NCBI GenBank assembly: GCA_013154135.1
Contig: JAADDB010000282.1
Coordinates: 1-34,319, forward strand
Reading direction: 5' to 3'
Origin: Chloroflexota bacterium
GTDB taxonomy: Bacteria; Chloroflexota; Anaerolineae; JAADDB01
DNA: 34,319 bases
Part shown: positions 24,026 to 32,589 of the stretch, piece after piece
Numbering within the stretch: the first letter of the stretch is position 1
Layout of the letters: each line of letters begins with the position of its first letter
The notes under the pieces: model-generated
Seen by the model: only the letters and a program-made list of their open reading frames with translations
What the model was told of the DNA's origin: nothing
Database searches by the model: none
Made by a program: the position numbers and the translations under genes

Positions 24026-24238
24026 AATAACGAGTAACAAGTAACGATTAACGATTAAATCTCCTCCCACACAGCCTCACCCCTCCAAGCCAACCTCGTC
24101 CTCCAACCAACCCCTTAATCGTTAATCGTCACTCCTCAATCGTTACTCCTCCCACACAATCTCGCCCCTCCAAGCCAACCTCGCCTTTCCCCTTAATCGT
24201 TAATCGTTACTCCTTAATCGTTACTCCAATCGTTACTC
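24026..24238. repeat. compound heptamer-repeat locus filling the whole S8/HEAT intergenic gap
   Basis: One GTAACGA-orientation block (~24026-24058) faces two TCGTTAC-orientation blocks (~24115-24149 and ~24193-24238). gtaacgattaacgattaa has an exact inverted partner ttaatcgttaatcgttac. An ~86-nt tandem unit ctcctcccacaca..cccctccaagccaacctcg occurs twice. Coordinates are +/-1. Confidence 0.85.
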
Positions 24239-25538
24239 ACCGCCCGAACAGGCCCAACAACAGGCCTAAGAGACATCCCGCGGGTTGGCGGGATGGAGGC
24301 CCGGGTGGTGTGGGTTCCGGAGGGGGAGGAGGCGTGGGTTCGGGCGTGGGTGGGGACGGAGGCTCGGGCGTGGAGATGTCCGTTTCCGGCGCCTTTGTCA
24401 CCGGAGCTTGGGCCACCGCCGCGTACACATCCCCCCGTCCTGCCCCTTGCAAATTGGCATCCAGCCCCAGGTCCACGGCCGTGTCCATGAGCCGCTTCTT
24501 GATGTCCGAAGGCGTCAGGTGGGGTTCCGCCTCCAGGAGGAGGGCCACCGCGCCCGTACAGTGGGGCGTTGCCATGCTCGTGCCCGACGCGGCCGTGTAA
24601 TAGGTGTTCACCGGAGTCCCCATATCCGTGCCCTGGGCCCGGGCAGCCACAATCCCCTCCCCGGGGAAACAAATATCCGGCTTCACCCGGCCATCCGCTG
24701 TGGGCCCGCGGCTGCTGAAGAGGGCCACCTGATCGTTATCCGTGGTCGCGCCCACCGTGATCACCTCGCGGGCACACCCGGGAGACCCGATGGTCCCCCG
24801 TCCCGGGCCGCTATTTCCCGCGGCCACGCAAACCACGATGCCCTCCTTCACCAGGGCATCGCACGCGGTGCTGAGAGCATCCGTGCCGTCGCAGGCCACC
24901 TCCGCGCCCAAACTCACATTGACCACGTGGACTTGCTGGGCCAGGGCCCAATCCAGCCCCGCGATGACATCGCTCATATACCCACGACCGCGGTCATCCA
25001 AAGCCTTCGCGATGTACAACTCCGCTTCGGGTGCGACCCCGCGATACGTGCCGCCGGACGCGGCGCCGCTGCCCGCGATAATGGACGCTACATGCGTGCC
25101 GTGTCCGTCTCGGTCTTGCACACTGCCGGAACCGCTGAAATCCGCGGTGGCCACAATGCGGTCCTCCAAATCCGGGTGATGGAGGTCCACGCCCGTATCC
25201 ACCACAGCCACCCGGATCCCCTCACCGGTCCATCCCAACTCCCACACGCGCGGCGCGCCGATCTTGGGCACCGACACATCCAGCAGGGGGTAGACGGGCA
25301 GATCTTCCCACACCCGCTTCACATAGGGCTCTTGTGCCAGCTCCTCCACCTGAGCCGCGGGCAACTCCAGAGTCATGAAGGGCAAGACGCGGGCCACCCG
25401 CAGTGGACGCCAACGACGGGCAGCCACGTGGGGAGCAACCGCGGTGGGCTCGTACTCCACAATGACCCGTACCGGCTGGTCTGACCGGAGGGTGCGCAAC
25501 CGGGCCAGCAAGCCGGGATGAACGCGGTGTGTGCTCAT
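24237..25538 (-). CDS. S8 subtilisin-family serine peptidase with Pro-rich linker and C-terminal Cys-containing hydrophobic tail
   Basis: Asp/His/Ser triad motifs VAVVDTGVD, HGTHVASI and GTSMATPH. I9-like propeptide at the N-terminus. Tail ...PPSRQPAGCLLGLLLGLFGR. SD AAGGAG upstream. Confidence 0.92.
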   Translation of the reverse strand: MSTHRVHPGLLARLRTLRSDQPVRVIVEYEPTAVAPHVAARRWRPLRVARVLPFMTLELPAAQVEELAQEPYVKRVWEDLPVYPLLDVSVPKIGAPRVWELGWTGEGIRVAVVDTGVDLHHPDLEDRIVATADFSGSGSVQDRDGHGTHVASIIAGSGAASGGTYRGVAPEAELYIAKALDDRGRGYMSDVIAGLDWALAQQVHVVNVSLGAEVACDGTDALSTACDALVKEGIVVCVAAGNSGPGRGTIGSPGCAREVITVGATTDNDQVALFSSRGPTADGRVKPDICFPGEGIVAARAQGTDMGTPVNTYYTAASGTSMATPHCTGAVALLLEAEPHLTPSDIKKRLMDTAVDLGLDANLQGAGRGDVYAAVAQAPVTKAPETDISTPEPPSPPTPEPTPPPPPEPTPPGPPSRQPAGCLLGLLLGLFGR

Positions 25539-25666
25539 GGTTCAACTCCTTGTACACCCATCCAACGCGCGGACATCCTTCCGGCGCCCCGCGGACACGC
25601 CATCCCCCGAAAAGGACATTCTCCGGGCCGTCCGCGACACCGAAACCGCGCGCGTACACCCATCCT

Positions 25667-25687
25667 GGGGCGTCCTGCGGACGCCCC
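25667..25687. other. 9-bp GC hairpin downstream of the ECF S-component gene (possible U-tract-less terminator)
   Basis: ggggcgtcc-tgc-ggacgcccc. Confidence 0.4.
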
Positions 25688-25780
25688 TCACGAGTTCCCC
25701 CCCATTCCCGGGGAGAACCGGCCGACGGTCATTCTACCACGCGATGGGGCAGAATGGCCACCGGCCGGTGTTGCAAGGGC

Positions 25781-26341
25781 CTAGACGGAGGACTTCCCCC
25801 GGCCCCCTGTAATGCGCTTCCATCCGCCGACAACCACGACCGTGATAATGGCCGCGATGATCAACTCCGCGATGGCCTGCGGGATAATGGAAGGGATCAC
25901 CTCCACCGGGAGCAGTTTGACCAACACAGCCATGCCCAGCACCAGGACCGTGTTCGTCAGGGTGCCCAACACACCGGCAATGGCCAAGGCCGGAATCTCA
26001 CCGAAGACCTTGCGGCTGGCCACGTAGGAGTAGTAGGCCACCACACCGATCCAGATGCGCGGGAAGATGGAGACCAACGGGTTCTTGAAGAGGGGTGAGG
26101 AAGCCTGGAGGAAGCTGAACAGGCCGAAGATGGCGCCGATCAGGGCTCCCACTATTGGTCCTTCCAGCACCCCGCCCAGAATCGCGGGCACGTGCATAAT
26201 GGTGGCAGACCCGGAAACGTTGGGCACGGGAATAAATCCGATGCGGGTGATCCCCAACAAGATGGCGATGGCTGCCAAAATCCCCGTAATGACGATTTTG
26301 CGAATGGATAAGACCGATTCGTTGACTGAACGTTCCATCAT
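25781..26341 (-). CDS. ECF transporter substrate-specific (S) component
   Basis: About 185 aa with 5-6 TM segments and a Gly-rich ...HVPAILGGVLEGPIVGALIGAIFG segment typical of ECF S components. Last gene of the ECF operon. Substrate class not recognisable. Confidence 0.8.
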   Translation of the reverse strand: MMERSVNESVLSIRKIVITGILAAIAILLGITRIGFIPVPNVSGSATIMHVPAILGGVLEGPIVGALIGAIFGLFSFLQASSPLFKNPLVSIFPRIWIGVVAYYSYVASRKVFGEIPALAIAGVLGTLTNTVLVLGMAVLVKLLPVEVIPSIIPQAIAELIIAAIITVVVVGGWKRITGGRGKSSV

Positions 26342-26396
26342 GCCCTCCTTATTGGTGTGGTTACAACGTGGGGGATGTGTTTTTCCACTGCGCTAC

Positions 26397-27365
26397 TTAA
26401 CCGCGGGCCGCGGGCACTCCGTGCAAGGAAGTCGCGGCACGGATGGCCCGGACCACCGCTTCGGCCAACACATCCGCGGCTGCGGCGCCAATGGCCGTCA
26501 CATTGCCCTTCCGGTCCCCGGTGGACAGGGCAAAGACCGTATCCCCATCCAAGAGCGTGTGAACCGGACGGATGGCACGTGCTAAGCCATCGTGAGCCAT
26601 GGTGGCCAGCGCGTTCACCTCTGCTTTGGTGAGCCGCGCGTCCGTGGCGACCACAGCCAGCGTTGTGTTCTGCCCCATCCTGTTGAGTATGGTCTGACCC
26701 AGGTTGCCCCGCAACGCCTGGGCTGTGTTCAAGAACCCGCCCACTACGGGCTTGCGCGCGCCCGCGAGGATCTTCCCCGTGTCCGGGTCCACCACATCGC
26801 CCAGTGCGTTTACCGCGACAAGGGCGCCCACAGTAATGCCCCGCCCGATCTTCACGCTGGCGCTGCCCAGGCCTCCCTTCATCATGTACCGGGGCCCCAA
26901 CAACTTCCCCACCGTGGCTCCGGTTCCCGCGCCCACATTTCCCATGGGCACGGGATCCCGCGACGCGGCATCACACGCGAGGTAGCCGGCCTGGGCATCG
27001 GGCCGGGCCTTGGGATCGCCGATCATCAAGTCGAACAGCACCGCGGCGGGGACAATGGGCACCCGCCCGAAACCTGTGTCGAAACCGTAATCATGCTCGG
27101 CCAGCCAGCGCATCACCCCATCGGCCGCGGCCAGGCCGAACGCGGAGCCACCGGTGATGAGGACCGCGTGGACTTCCTGGACCATGCGCTCCGGCCGGAG
27201 CAGATCCGTCTCCCGGGTTCCGGGTGCGAACCCGCGCACATCCACCCCCGCGCGGGCGCCCTCCGGGGTCAGCACCACCGTACAACCGGTCGCCCCTTCC
27301 ACGTTTGTGTAATGTCCTACCAGCAAGTTGGGTACGGCTGTTATCGTGTCGTTCATCGTCCTCAC
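26397..27365 (-). CDS. S58/P1-family (DmpA-like) aminopeptidase
   Basis: GATGCTVVL, GFAPGTRETDLL and the autoprocessing-site-like GQNTTLAVVATDA. The GTG start overlaps the M20 stop (GTGA). ATG 27356 is an alternative start. Confidence 0.85.
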   Translation of the reverse strand: MRTMNDTITAVPNLLVGHYTNVEGATGCTVVLTPEGARAGVDVRGFAPGTRETDLLRPERMVQEVHAVLITGGSAFGLAAADGVMRWLAEHDYGFDTGFGRVPIVPAAVLFDLMIGDPKARPDAQAGYLACDAASRDPVPMGNVGAGTGATVGKLLGPRYMMKGGLGSASVKIGRGITVGALVAVNALGDVVDPDTGKILAGARKPVVGGFLNTAQALRGNLGQTILNRMGQNTTLAVVATDARLTKAEVNALATMAHDGLARAIRPVHTLLDGDTVFALSTGDRKGNVTAIGAAAADVLAEAVVRAIRAATSLHGVPAARG

Positions 27366-28588
27366 TCGGCCACGCCCAAATATCGCATGGCAGCCACCAC
27401 GTACAGCTTGGCTGCTTCGATCAGCTGGTCGATGTCAATGTACTCGTCCACGTGGTGGGGGATGTACACGTCGCCGGGGCCGCACGTCACAATGGGCACG
27501 CCGGCCTGGGTTGCCAGTATTGTACCATCAGTGGACCCGGGAACGCCACCGTAGACGGGTTCCCGCCCTGCCACATCCCGGGTGGCACTGGCCAGGGCCT
27601 GGACAACGGGTTCCTCCCGGGGGGTGTCCGTGGGAGGCCGCGCGTCGAGCAAGTCCATGTGGAAGCTCAAGCGCTCCTCTTCTGCTTCCAGTTGAGCGGC
27701 CAGGTCCTTCAGGTCCTGGAGGGTTTTCTCCACGTCCTGACCGGGGATCATGCGGATGTCCAGGATGGCGCGGGCCGTTTCGGGGATGACGTTGTTGGTG
27801 CCGTGTTCGTCCAGGGGCGCGTGGAACCGGGTGGGGCTGAGGCTGGGTGTGCCCAGGAATTCGTGGGAGCCGTAGAGTTCCACGTAGGCCTTTTCCATCT
27901 CGTAGACAGAGGAGATGAAGCGGGAGAGGTAGGTGATGGGGTTGACGCCGGTGTAGGGCATCGCGCCGTGGGCCATGACCCCTTTTGCGGTCACGTCGAC
28001 CCACATGACCCCTTTCTGCGCGATGCAGAGTCGGTTGTCTTCCGGTTCGCAGATGATGGCCGCGGTCACGGTGTCGGCCCATCCCCGACGCACGAAGTCC
28101 TTGACTCCCAACATCAGCCCTTCCTCATCGGCCAGCGCGCCCAGGAGGATGTCCCCCTTCAACCGGATGCCGCTGTCCACGATGGCTTTGATCGCGGCCA
28201 TGGCCGCGGCCAAGCCGCCCTTCATGTCGTTGGCCCCCCGACCGTAAATGCGGCCGTCCACAATCACCGCGGCAAAGGGGTCGTACGTCCACGCGTCCCG
28301 GTCCCCTTCGGTGACCACGTCCGTGTGTCCTTCGAACATGAGCCGCTTGTCCCCTTCACTTCCGTGGAGGATGGCAATGACGTTGGGCCGACCAGGGGCC
28401 GCCCACTCGAAGTGGGTCTCCAACCCCATTTCCTGACATCGGTCCTCGATCCAACGGGCGGCAGGGGTTTCCACGTCCTTTTTGCCCGGCCGGGGAACGG
28501 TGTCAAACCGCACCAGTTCCTGGGTCCAGCGGACGAGGAGGTCTTCATCCAGGTGTGAAAGGGCTTTCTGTTCCAGTTCTGTGAGCAT
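27362..28588 (-). CDS. M20-family metallohydrolase (ArgE/DapE-type deacylase)
   Basis: Metal-ligand motifs GHTDVV, GANDMKGG and ADEE. SD GGAGG lies about 5 nt before ATG 28588. Confidence 0.88.
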   Translation of the reverse strand: MLTELEQKALSHLDEDLLVRWTQELVRFDTVPRPGKKDVETPAARWIEDRCQEMGLETHFEWAAPGRPNVIAILHGSEGDKRLMFEGHTDVVTEGDRDAWTYDPFAAVIVDGRIYGRGANDMKGGLAAAMAAIKAIVDSGIRLKGDILLGALADEEGLMLGVKDFVRRGWADTVTAAIICEPEDNRLCIAQKGVMWVDVTAKGVMAHGAMPYTGVNPITYLSRFISSVYEMEKAYVELYGSHEFLGTPSLSPTRFHAPLDEHGTNNVIPETARAILDIRMIPGQDVEKTLQDLKDLAAQLEAEEERLSFHMDLLDARPPTDTPREEPVVQALASATRDVAGREPVYGGVPGSTDGTILATQAGVPIVTCGPGDVYIPHHVDEYIDIDQLIEAAKLYVVAAMRYLGVAE

Positions 28589-28644
28589 ATCCGCCTCCGA
28601 ACGGGTTGAGAGTACACGCGCGCGTGAGATGCACGCCGCGTGGG

Positions 28645-29499
28645 TTACCAAGGCCAAGGGGTCAAGAGGACGATGAGGGCCAGGAGGAGGGCGATGAGGA
28701 CGGCCGCGTAGTCACTCCACTGGCTGTGGAGCTCGGTGTAATGCGTTCGGCCTTTTCCTCCCACATAACAGCGCGCCTCCATGGCCAAAATCAAATCCTC
28801 GGCCCGCCGGAACGCCCCCATGAAGAGGGGGACGAGCACGGGCAGGATGGCTTTCGTCTGCTGGATGAAGCGAAAGCGTCCTCGTTGGCCCAGATCCGCG
28901 CCACGGGACACTTGGGCCTTCATGATGCGCTCCAGTTCTTCGGCAAAGGTGGGCACAAAGCGGAGCGCGATGGTGATGATGAGGGCCAGCTCGTGCGCGG
29001 GAAAGTTGAACCAGCGCTGTAACGGCGAGAACAGACGCTCAATGCCGTGGGTCAGCTCGGTCGTCGTCGTCGTCAGGGTGAGCAGGCTGGTGAGCATGAG
29101 CAGTTCGATGAAGCGGGCCGCGGAGACCAGGGCCAACTTCACGCTACACGTGGTCGCGTGGATGAACCACGCATCGAGCAGGTGGTAACAGACCCCCATG
29201 TTCTTCGCGAACCCCTCGGTGTAAAACGCGATCTGCATGGCCATGAGGAAGAGGAGGAAGGGCAACGCGGGCCGCAGACCGCTAAGCGCGTACGGGATGG
29301 GAACGCGCGCGAGGATGAGCAATCCCGTGAGCAGGAGAAGGAGCACGATGTTCCCTATGTACGTGGCCGTGAAGGTGATGGCAATCACCAAAATGGTGAA
29401 GGCCACCAGCTTGAACCGGGGGTCCAAGCGGTGGATGGGAGAGTTCAGGGGGAGATATTGGCCGATGGTGACATATCGGAGCAGTTCGAATTCTTCCAT
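28645..29499 (-). CDS. ecfT: ECF transporter transmembrane (T) component
   Basis: CbiQ/EcfT-like multi-TM protein with the conserved ARG-type coupling helices (...AMEARCY). The start overlaps the ATPase stop by 1 nt (TAATG). Confidence 0.88.
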   Translation of the reverse strand: MEEFELLRYVTIGQYLPLNSPIHRLDPRFKLVAFTILVIAITFTATYIGNIVLLLLLTGLLILARVPIPYALSGLRPALPFLLFLMAMQIAFYTEGFAKNMGVCYHLLDAWFIHATTCSVKLALVSAARFIELLMLTSLLTLTTTTTELTHGIERLFSPLQRWFNFPAHELALIITIALRFVPTFAEELERIMKAQVSRGADLGQRGRFRFIQQTKAILPVLVPLFMGAFRRAEDLILAMEARCYVGGKGRTHYTELHSQWSDYAAVLIALLLALIVLLTPWPW

Positions 29500-31289
29500 T
29501 AGTGCACCCCCTCCTGCAAAACTCGTCCGATCTCTTGAACCGCTTCATCTACGGTCAGGCAATCCCGGCGCACGGGCATCCCCGCGTCCGCCAGCGCGTG
29601 CATGAGTTGTGTGACTTGAGGGATGCCTAGGCTCAGGTCGTACAACACTTGAGGCCGGGAGAAGAGATCTCGCGGTGTGCCGGATGTGATGGTGCGACCG
29701 TCCGCGATGACAAACCCCCGGTCCGCGAGCTCCGCGACCTCGTCCATGTTGTGGGAGACGACAACAAGGGTGAGGTGCCATTCCTCCTTCAACCGCTGGA
29801 TGAGGGAGAGGAGGTGACGCCGCCCTTGGGGGTCCAACCCCGCGGTGGGCTCGTCCAGGACCAGGATTTCGGGGCGCAGGGCCAGGATGCCGGCCAACGC
29901 GGCGCGACGTTTTTCCCCACCGCTGAGGGAGAACACGTAACGGTCCTTGTACGTCTCAAAATCCAATCCCACCGCGTTCATGGCATCGCGCACCCGTTCC
30001 CGTATTTCCTCCGGGCTCAGTCCAAGCTGACGAGGACCATAGGCCACGTCGTCACCCACGAATTTCTCGAAGAGTTGGGCTTCGGGGAATTGGAACACCA
30101 GGCCCACGCGACGCCGAAGTTGGCGCACGTCCACCTTGGGCTGGGTCAGATCGTACTCCAACACCCGCACCCGGCCCTTGTGCGGCCGCAGGAGCGCGTT
30201 GAGGTGTTGGATGAGGGTGCTCTTCCCGCTCCCCGTGTGCCCCAAGATGGCCACTTTCTCCTCGTTCCCCACATCGAAGTCCAAACCGTGAAGGGCCTCC
30301 ACTTCCAGGGGTGTGCCCCGCATGTAGTAGTGGACCAAACCCCGTATTTCCACGCTCAGATCGTCCGGCACAGGGGAGAGGGGGGTGTACGTGTCGGGCA
30401 GGTGGGAGGTGTCCACTTCCGCGAAGGGGTCGCGTTCGTGCACGGGGGGCGGGAGTTTGCCCGTCAGCGCGTAGACGAGTTCGGGGACGGTGAGCACATC
30501 GGGGGAGATGTCGGGGCGCAAGGAGCGCAGTGCTTGGGCCACCTCGGTCACGGGCGGGACGTCCAGGGCCAGGGAGCGCAACCGCTCCGTCTGGGAGAAG
30601 ACTTCCCTCGGGGTCCCCTCGAGCACGATTTGTCCCTTGTGCAGGACAACCACCCGGTCCGCGAAGATGGCTTCTTCCATGAAGTGGGTGATGGCGACGA
30701 CCGTAACCCCTTCTTCCTTGTTCAACCGCCGGGCAATGGCCAGCACATCCCGTCGCCCCACCGGGTCCAGCAGCGCGGTGCTCTCGTCCAGGACTAGGAC
30801 TTCGGGGCGCATGGCGATGATGCCGGCAATGGCCACCCGTTGTTTCTGCCCCCCGCTCAACAGGTGGGGAGGACGATGGCGGAACGCGGTCATGCCCACC
30901 ACATCCAGGGCCCAGTCCACCCGCCTGCGGAGTTCGTCGTGGGGCACCCCCAAATTCTCCGGGCCAAAGGCCACATCCTCCTCCACCACCGTGGCCACAA
31001 TCTGGTTATCCGGGTTTTGGAAGACCATGCCCACGGTCTTGCGGATGTCCAGAATGTGGTGGTCGTCCTTGGTGTTCCAGGATTTGACCCACACGTCCCC
31101 ACGTGTGGGGAGGAGAAGGCCGTTCAGGTGTTTGGCCAGGGTGCTCTTTCCACTGCCGTTATGGCCGAGAATGACCAGGTACTCGCCGGGATGGATGTGG
31201 AGGTCGATGCCACGCAGTGCCTCAATCGGCGTGGATGTATCCGACTGATACACATGCCAGAGATTTTCAATGCGGATAATTGGCGTCAT
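29499..31289 (-). CDS. fused double ECF/ABC ATPase (EcfA-EcfA')
   Basis: Two complete ABC cassettes. Walker A GHNGSGKST and GHTGSGKST. Signature motifs LSGGQKQRVAIAG and LSGGEKRRAALAG. Confidence 0.93.
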   Translation of the reverse strand: MTPIIRIENLWHVYQSDTSTPIEALRGIDLHIHPGEYLVILGHNGSGKSTLAKHLNGLLLPTRGDVWVKSWNTKDDHHILDIRKTVGMVFQNPDNQIVATVVEEDVAFGPENLGVPHDELRRRVDWALDVVGMTAFRHRPPHLLSGGQKQRVAIAGIIAMRPEVLVLDESTALLDPVGRRDVLAIARRLNKEEGVTVVAITHFMEEAIFADRVVVLHKGQIVLEGTPREVFSQTERLRSLALDVPPVTEVAQALRSLRPDISPDVLTVPELVYALTGKLPPPVHERDPFAEVDTSHLPDTYTPLSPVPDDLSVEIRGLVHYYMRGTPLEVEALHGLDFDVGNEEKVAILGHTGSGKSTLIQHLNALLRPHKGRVRVLEYDLTQPKVDVRQLRRRVGLVFQFPEAQLFEKFVGDDVAYGPRQLGLSPEEIRERVRDAMNAVGLDFETYKDRYVFSLSGGEKRRAALAGILALRPEILVLDEPTAGLDPQGRRHLLSLIQRLKEEWHLTLVVVSHNMDEVAELADRGFVIADGRTITSGTPRDLFSRPQVLYDLSLGIPQVTQLMHALADAGMPVRRDCLTVDEAVQEIGRVLQEGVH

Positions 31290-31318
31290 AACGTCGGCCC
31301 CCTGAGTGGTTAGCGCCT

Positions 31319-31347
31319 ATTGTAGGCCCAGGACGGCTGCTCGTCAA
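31319..31347 (-). promoter_or_regulatory. candidate promoter of the ECF-peptidase operon
   Basis: On the minus strand: -35 TTGACG (31342-31347), 17-nt spacer, -10 TACAAT (31319-31324). Leaves only a ~20-nt leader, so there is no room for a riboswitch. Confidence 0.5.
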
Positions 31348-31419
31348 ATCAAGTGGGCGCCAGACGGTCGGCCATGACATCCGCCCGGCCTTGCCCCTTC
31401 TCCCAAGGAGGGAATATCG

Positions 31420-31428
31420 TGATAGAAT
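31420..31428 (+). promoter_or_regulatory. candidate extended -10 promoter (TGaTAGAAT) for the arginase operon
   Basis: TG-n-TAGAAT with no convincing -35. Would give a ~210-nt leader containing a heptamer block. Confidence 0.25.
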
Positions 31429-31602
31429 GGAGGGGTGACGCGAGGCAGGGGGTTGGGTGAAAGAGCGGGGAAGGGATAGGTCTTCCCTATTTTCCCACCT
31501 CCGAGGCGAGCTGTTTTTTGTGGGCGCCCCACCAAGGTGCGGACCCGTCCGCGGCCAAGGGGAACTTTCTCTGACCCGCTCGGCGTCGAAGGGCCATCCC
31601 TC

Positions 31603-31630
31603 TTAATCGTCAACCGTTACTCCTTACTTC
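31603..31630 (+). repeat. heptamer-family block directly abutting the arginase SD
   Basis: cttaatcgtcaaccgttactccttacttcc followed by AGGAGG-caaact-ATG. Same ...gttactccttacttcc end as element copy 2. Confidence 0.75.
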
Positions 31631-31643
31631 CAGGAGGCAAACT

Positions 31644-32540
31644 ATGAGGAAGCGAGTTCACATTATCGGTGTGCCCATGGATTTGGGACAGAGCCGGCGC
31701 GGGGTGGATATGGGGCCCTCCGCGCTGCGCTACGCGGGCCTGGGCCCCACTCTGGCCGCGCTGGGCTATGAAGTGGTGGACGGCGGGAATATCCCCGTAC
31801 CCGTGCCCGAGGAGGAGGTGGAGGAACCCAACACCCGCGCACGCCATCTCAAAGCCGTCGCGGCCACGGCCCAGGAGATTTACCGCCGCGCTCGCGCCTG
31901 CCGGGAACAAAACGCGTTCGTCCTCTTCCTCGGCGGCGATCACTCCATCAGCATCGGCACCGTGGCCGCAGTCTCCGAAGGACGCGACATCGGCCTCATC
32001 TGGATCGACGCACACGGGGATTTCAACACCCCGGAGACGTCCCCCACCGGCAACATCCACGGCATGCCCGTCGCGGTCATCACCGGCCGAGGCCCAGAAC
32101 CCCTCGTCCAGGTGGGATATCCCGGCCCCAAAGTCCAACCCGCGCACATCGTCCTGGTGGGCACCCGCGACTTGGACCCAGGAGAACGGGAGGCGTTACG
32201 GCACAGCGGCATTACCGTCTTCACCATGCGGGATATCGATGAGTTCGGCATGGCCACGGTGGCCCGCCGCATCATCACTCAGCTCCACGGTCTGGAATAC
32301 GTCCACGTGAGTCTGGACATGGATAGCCTGGACCCAGATGTGGCCCCAGGGGTGGGCACGCCGGTCAGCGGCGGACTCACGTACCGGGAGGCCCATCTTC
32401 TTATGGAAATCCTGGCCGAATGGGGTAAAATAGGGTCCTTGGACATTGTAGAGGTGAACCCAATTTTGGACCGACGCAACCAGACGGCCCGGATCGCGGT
32501 GGAATTGAGCGCTTCCCTCCTGGGCAAACGCATTCTGTAA
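31644..32540 (+). CDS. rocF: arginase (ureohydrolase family)
   Basis: [28 protein letters not shown]-terminus. Mn-binding motifs [15 protein letters not shown] and [17 protein letters not shown]. Confidence 0.9.
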   Translation: MRKRVHIIGVPMDLGQSRRGVDMGPSALRYAGLGPTLAALGYEVVDGGNIPVPVPEEEVEEPNTRARHLKAVAATAQEIYRRARACREQNAFVLFLGGDHSISIGTVAAVSEGRDIGLIWIDAHGDFNTPETSPTGNIHGMPVAVITGRGPEPLVQVGYPGPKVQPAHIVLVGTRDLDPGEREALRHSGITVFTMRDIDEFGMATVARRIITQLHGLEYVHVSLDMDSLDPDVAPGVGTPVSGGLTYREAHLLMEILAEWGKIGSLDIVEVNPILDRRNQTARIAVELSASLLGKRIL

Positions 32541-32589
32541 ACCGGGAAGCCCACGGGCCCGGCTGGTTCGTCCAATGTGAGGGGGACCG

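Noticed and set aside
24026-24238. Possible CRISPR array, given repeated ~30-nt units with intervening sequence.
   Set aside because: The repeats are heptamer-based, of unequal length and in mixed orientation. The spacers are themselves an ~86-nt tandem duplication. There are no cas genes in the window.
24001-24540. Apparent one-base discrepancies when hand-translating the printed sequence at ~24000/24001 (extra C) and ~24540/24541 (missing G). These would frameshift the HEAT start and the S8 gene.
   Set aside because: Several ORFs in the track are mutually consistent with intact genes, and both discrepancies fall on line breaks. They are most likely a reading artefact on my side. The ORF track is treated as authoritative, and my coordinates in this interval are +/-1.
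31290-31643. TPP or other vitamin riboswitch upstream of the ECF operon.
   Set aside because: The best promoter leaves only a ~20-nt leader. No CTGAGA/ACCTGA-type TPP core or other riboswitch consensus is visible on the minus strand.
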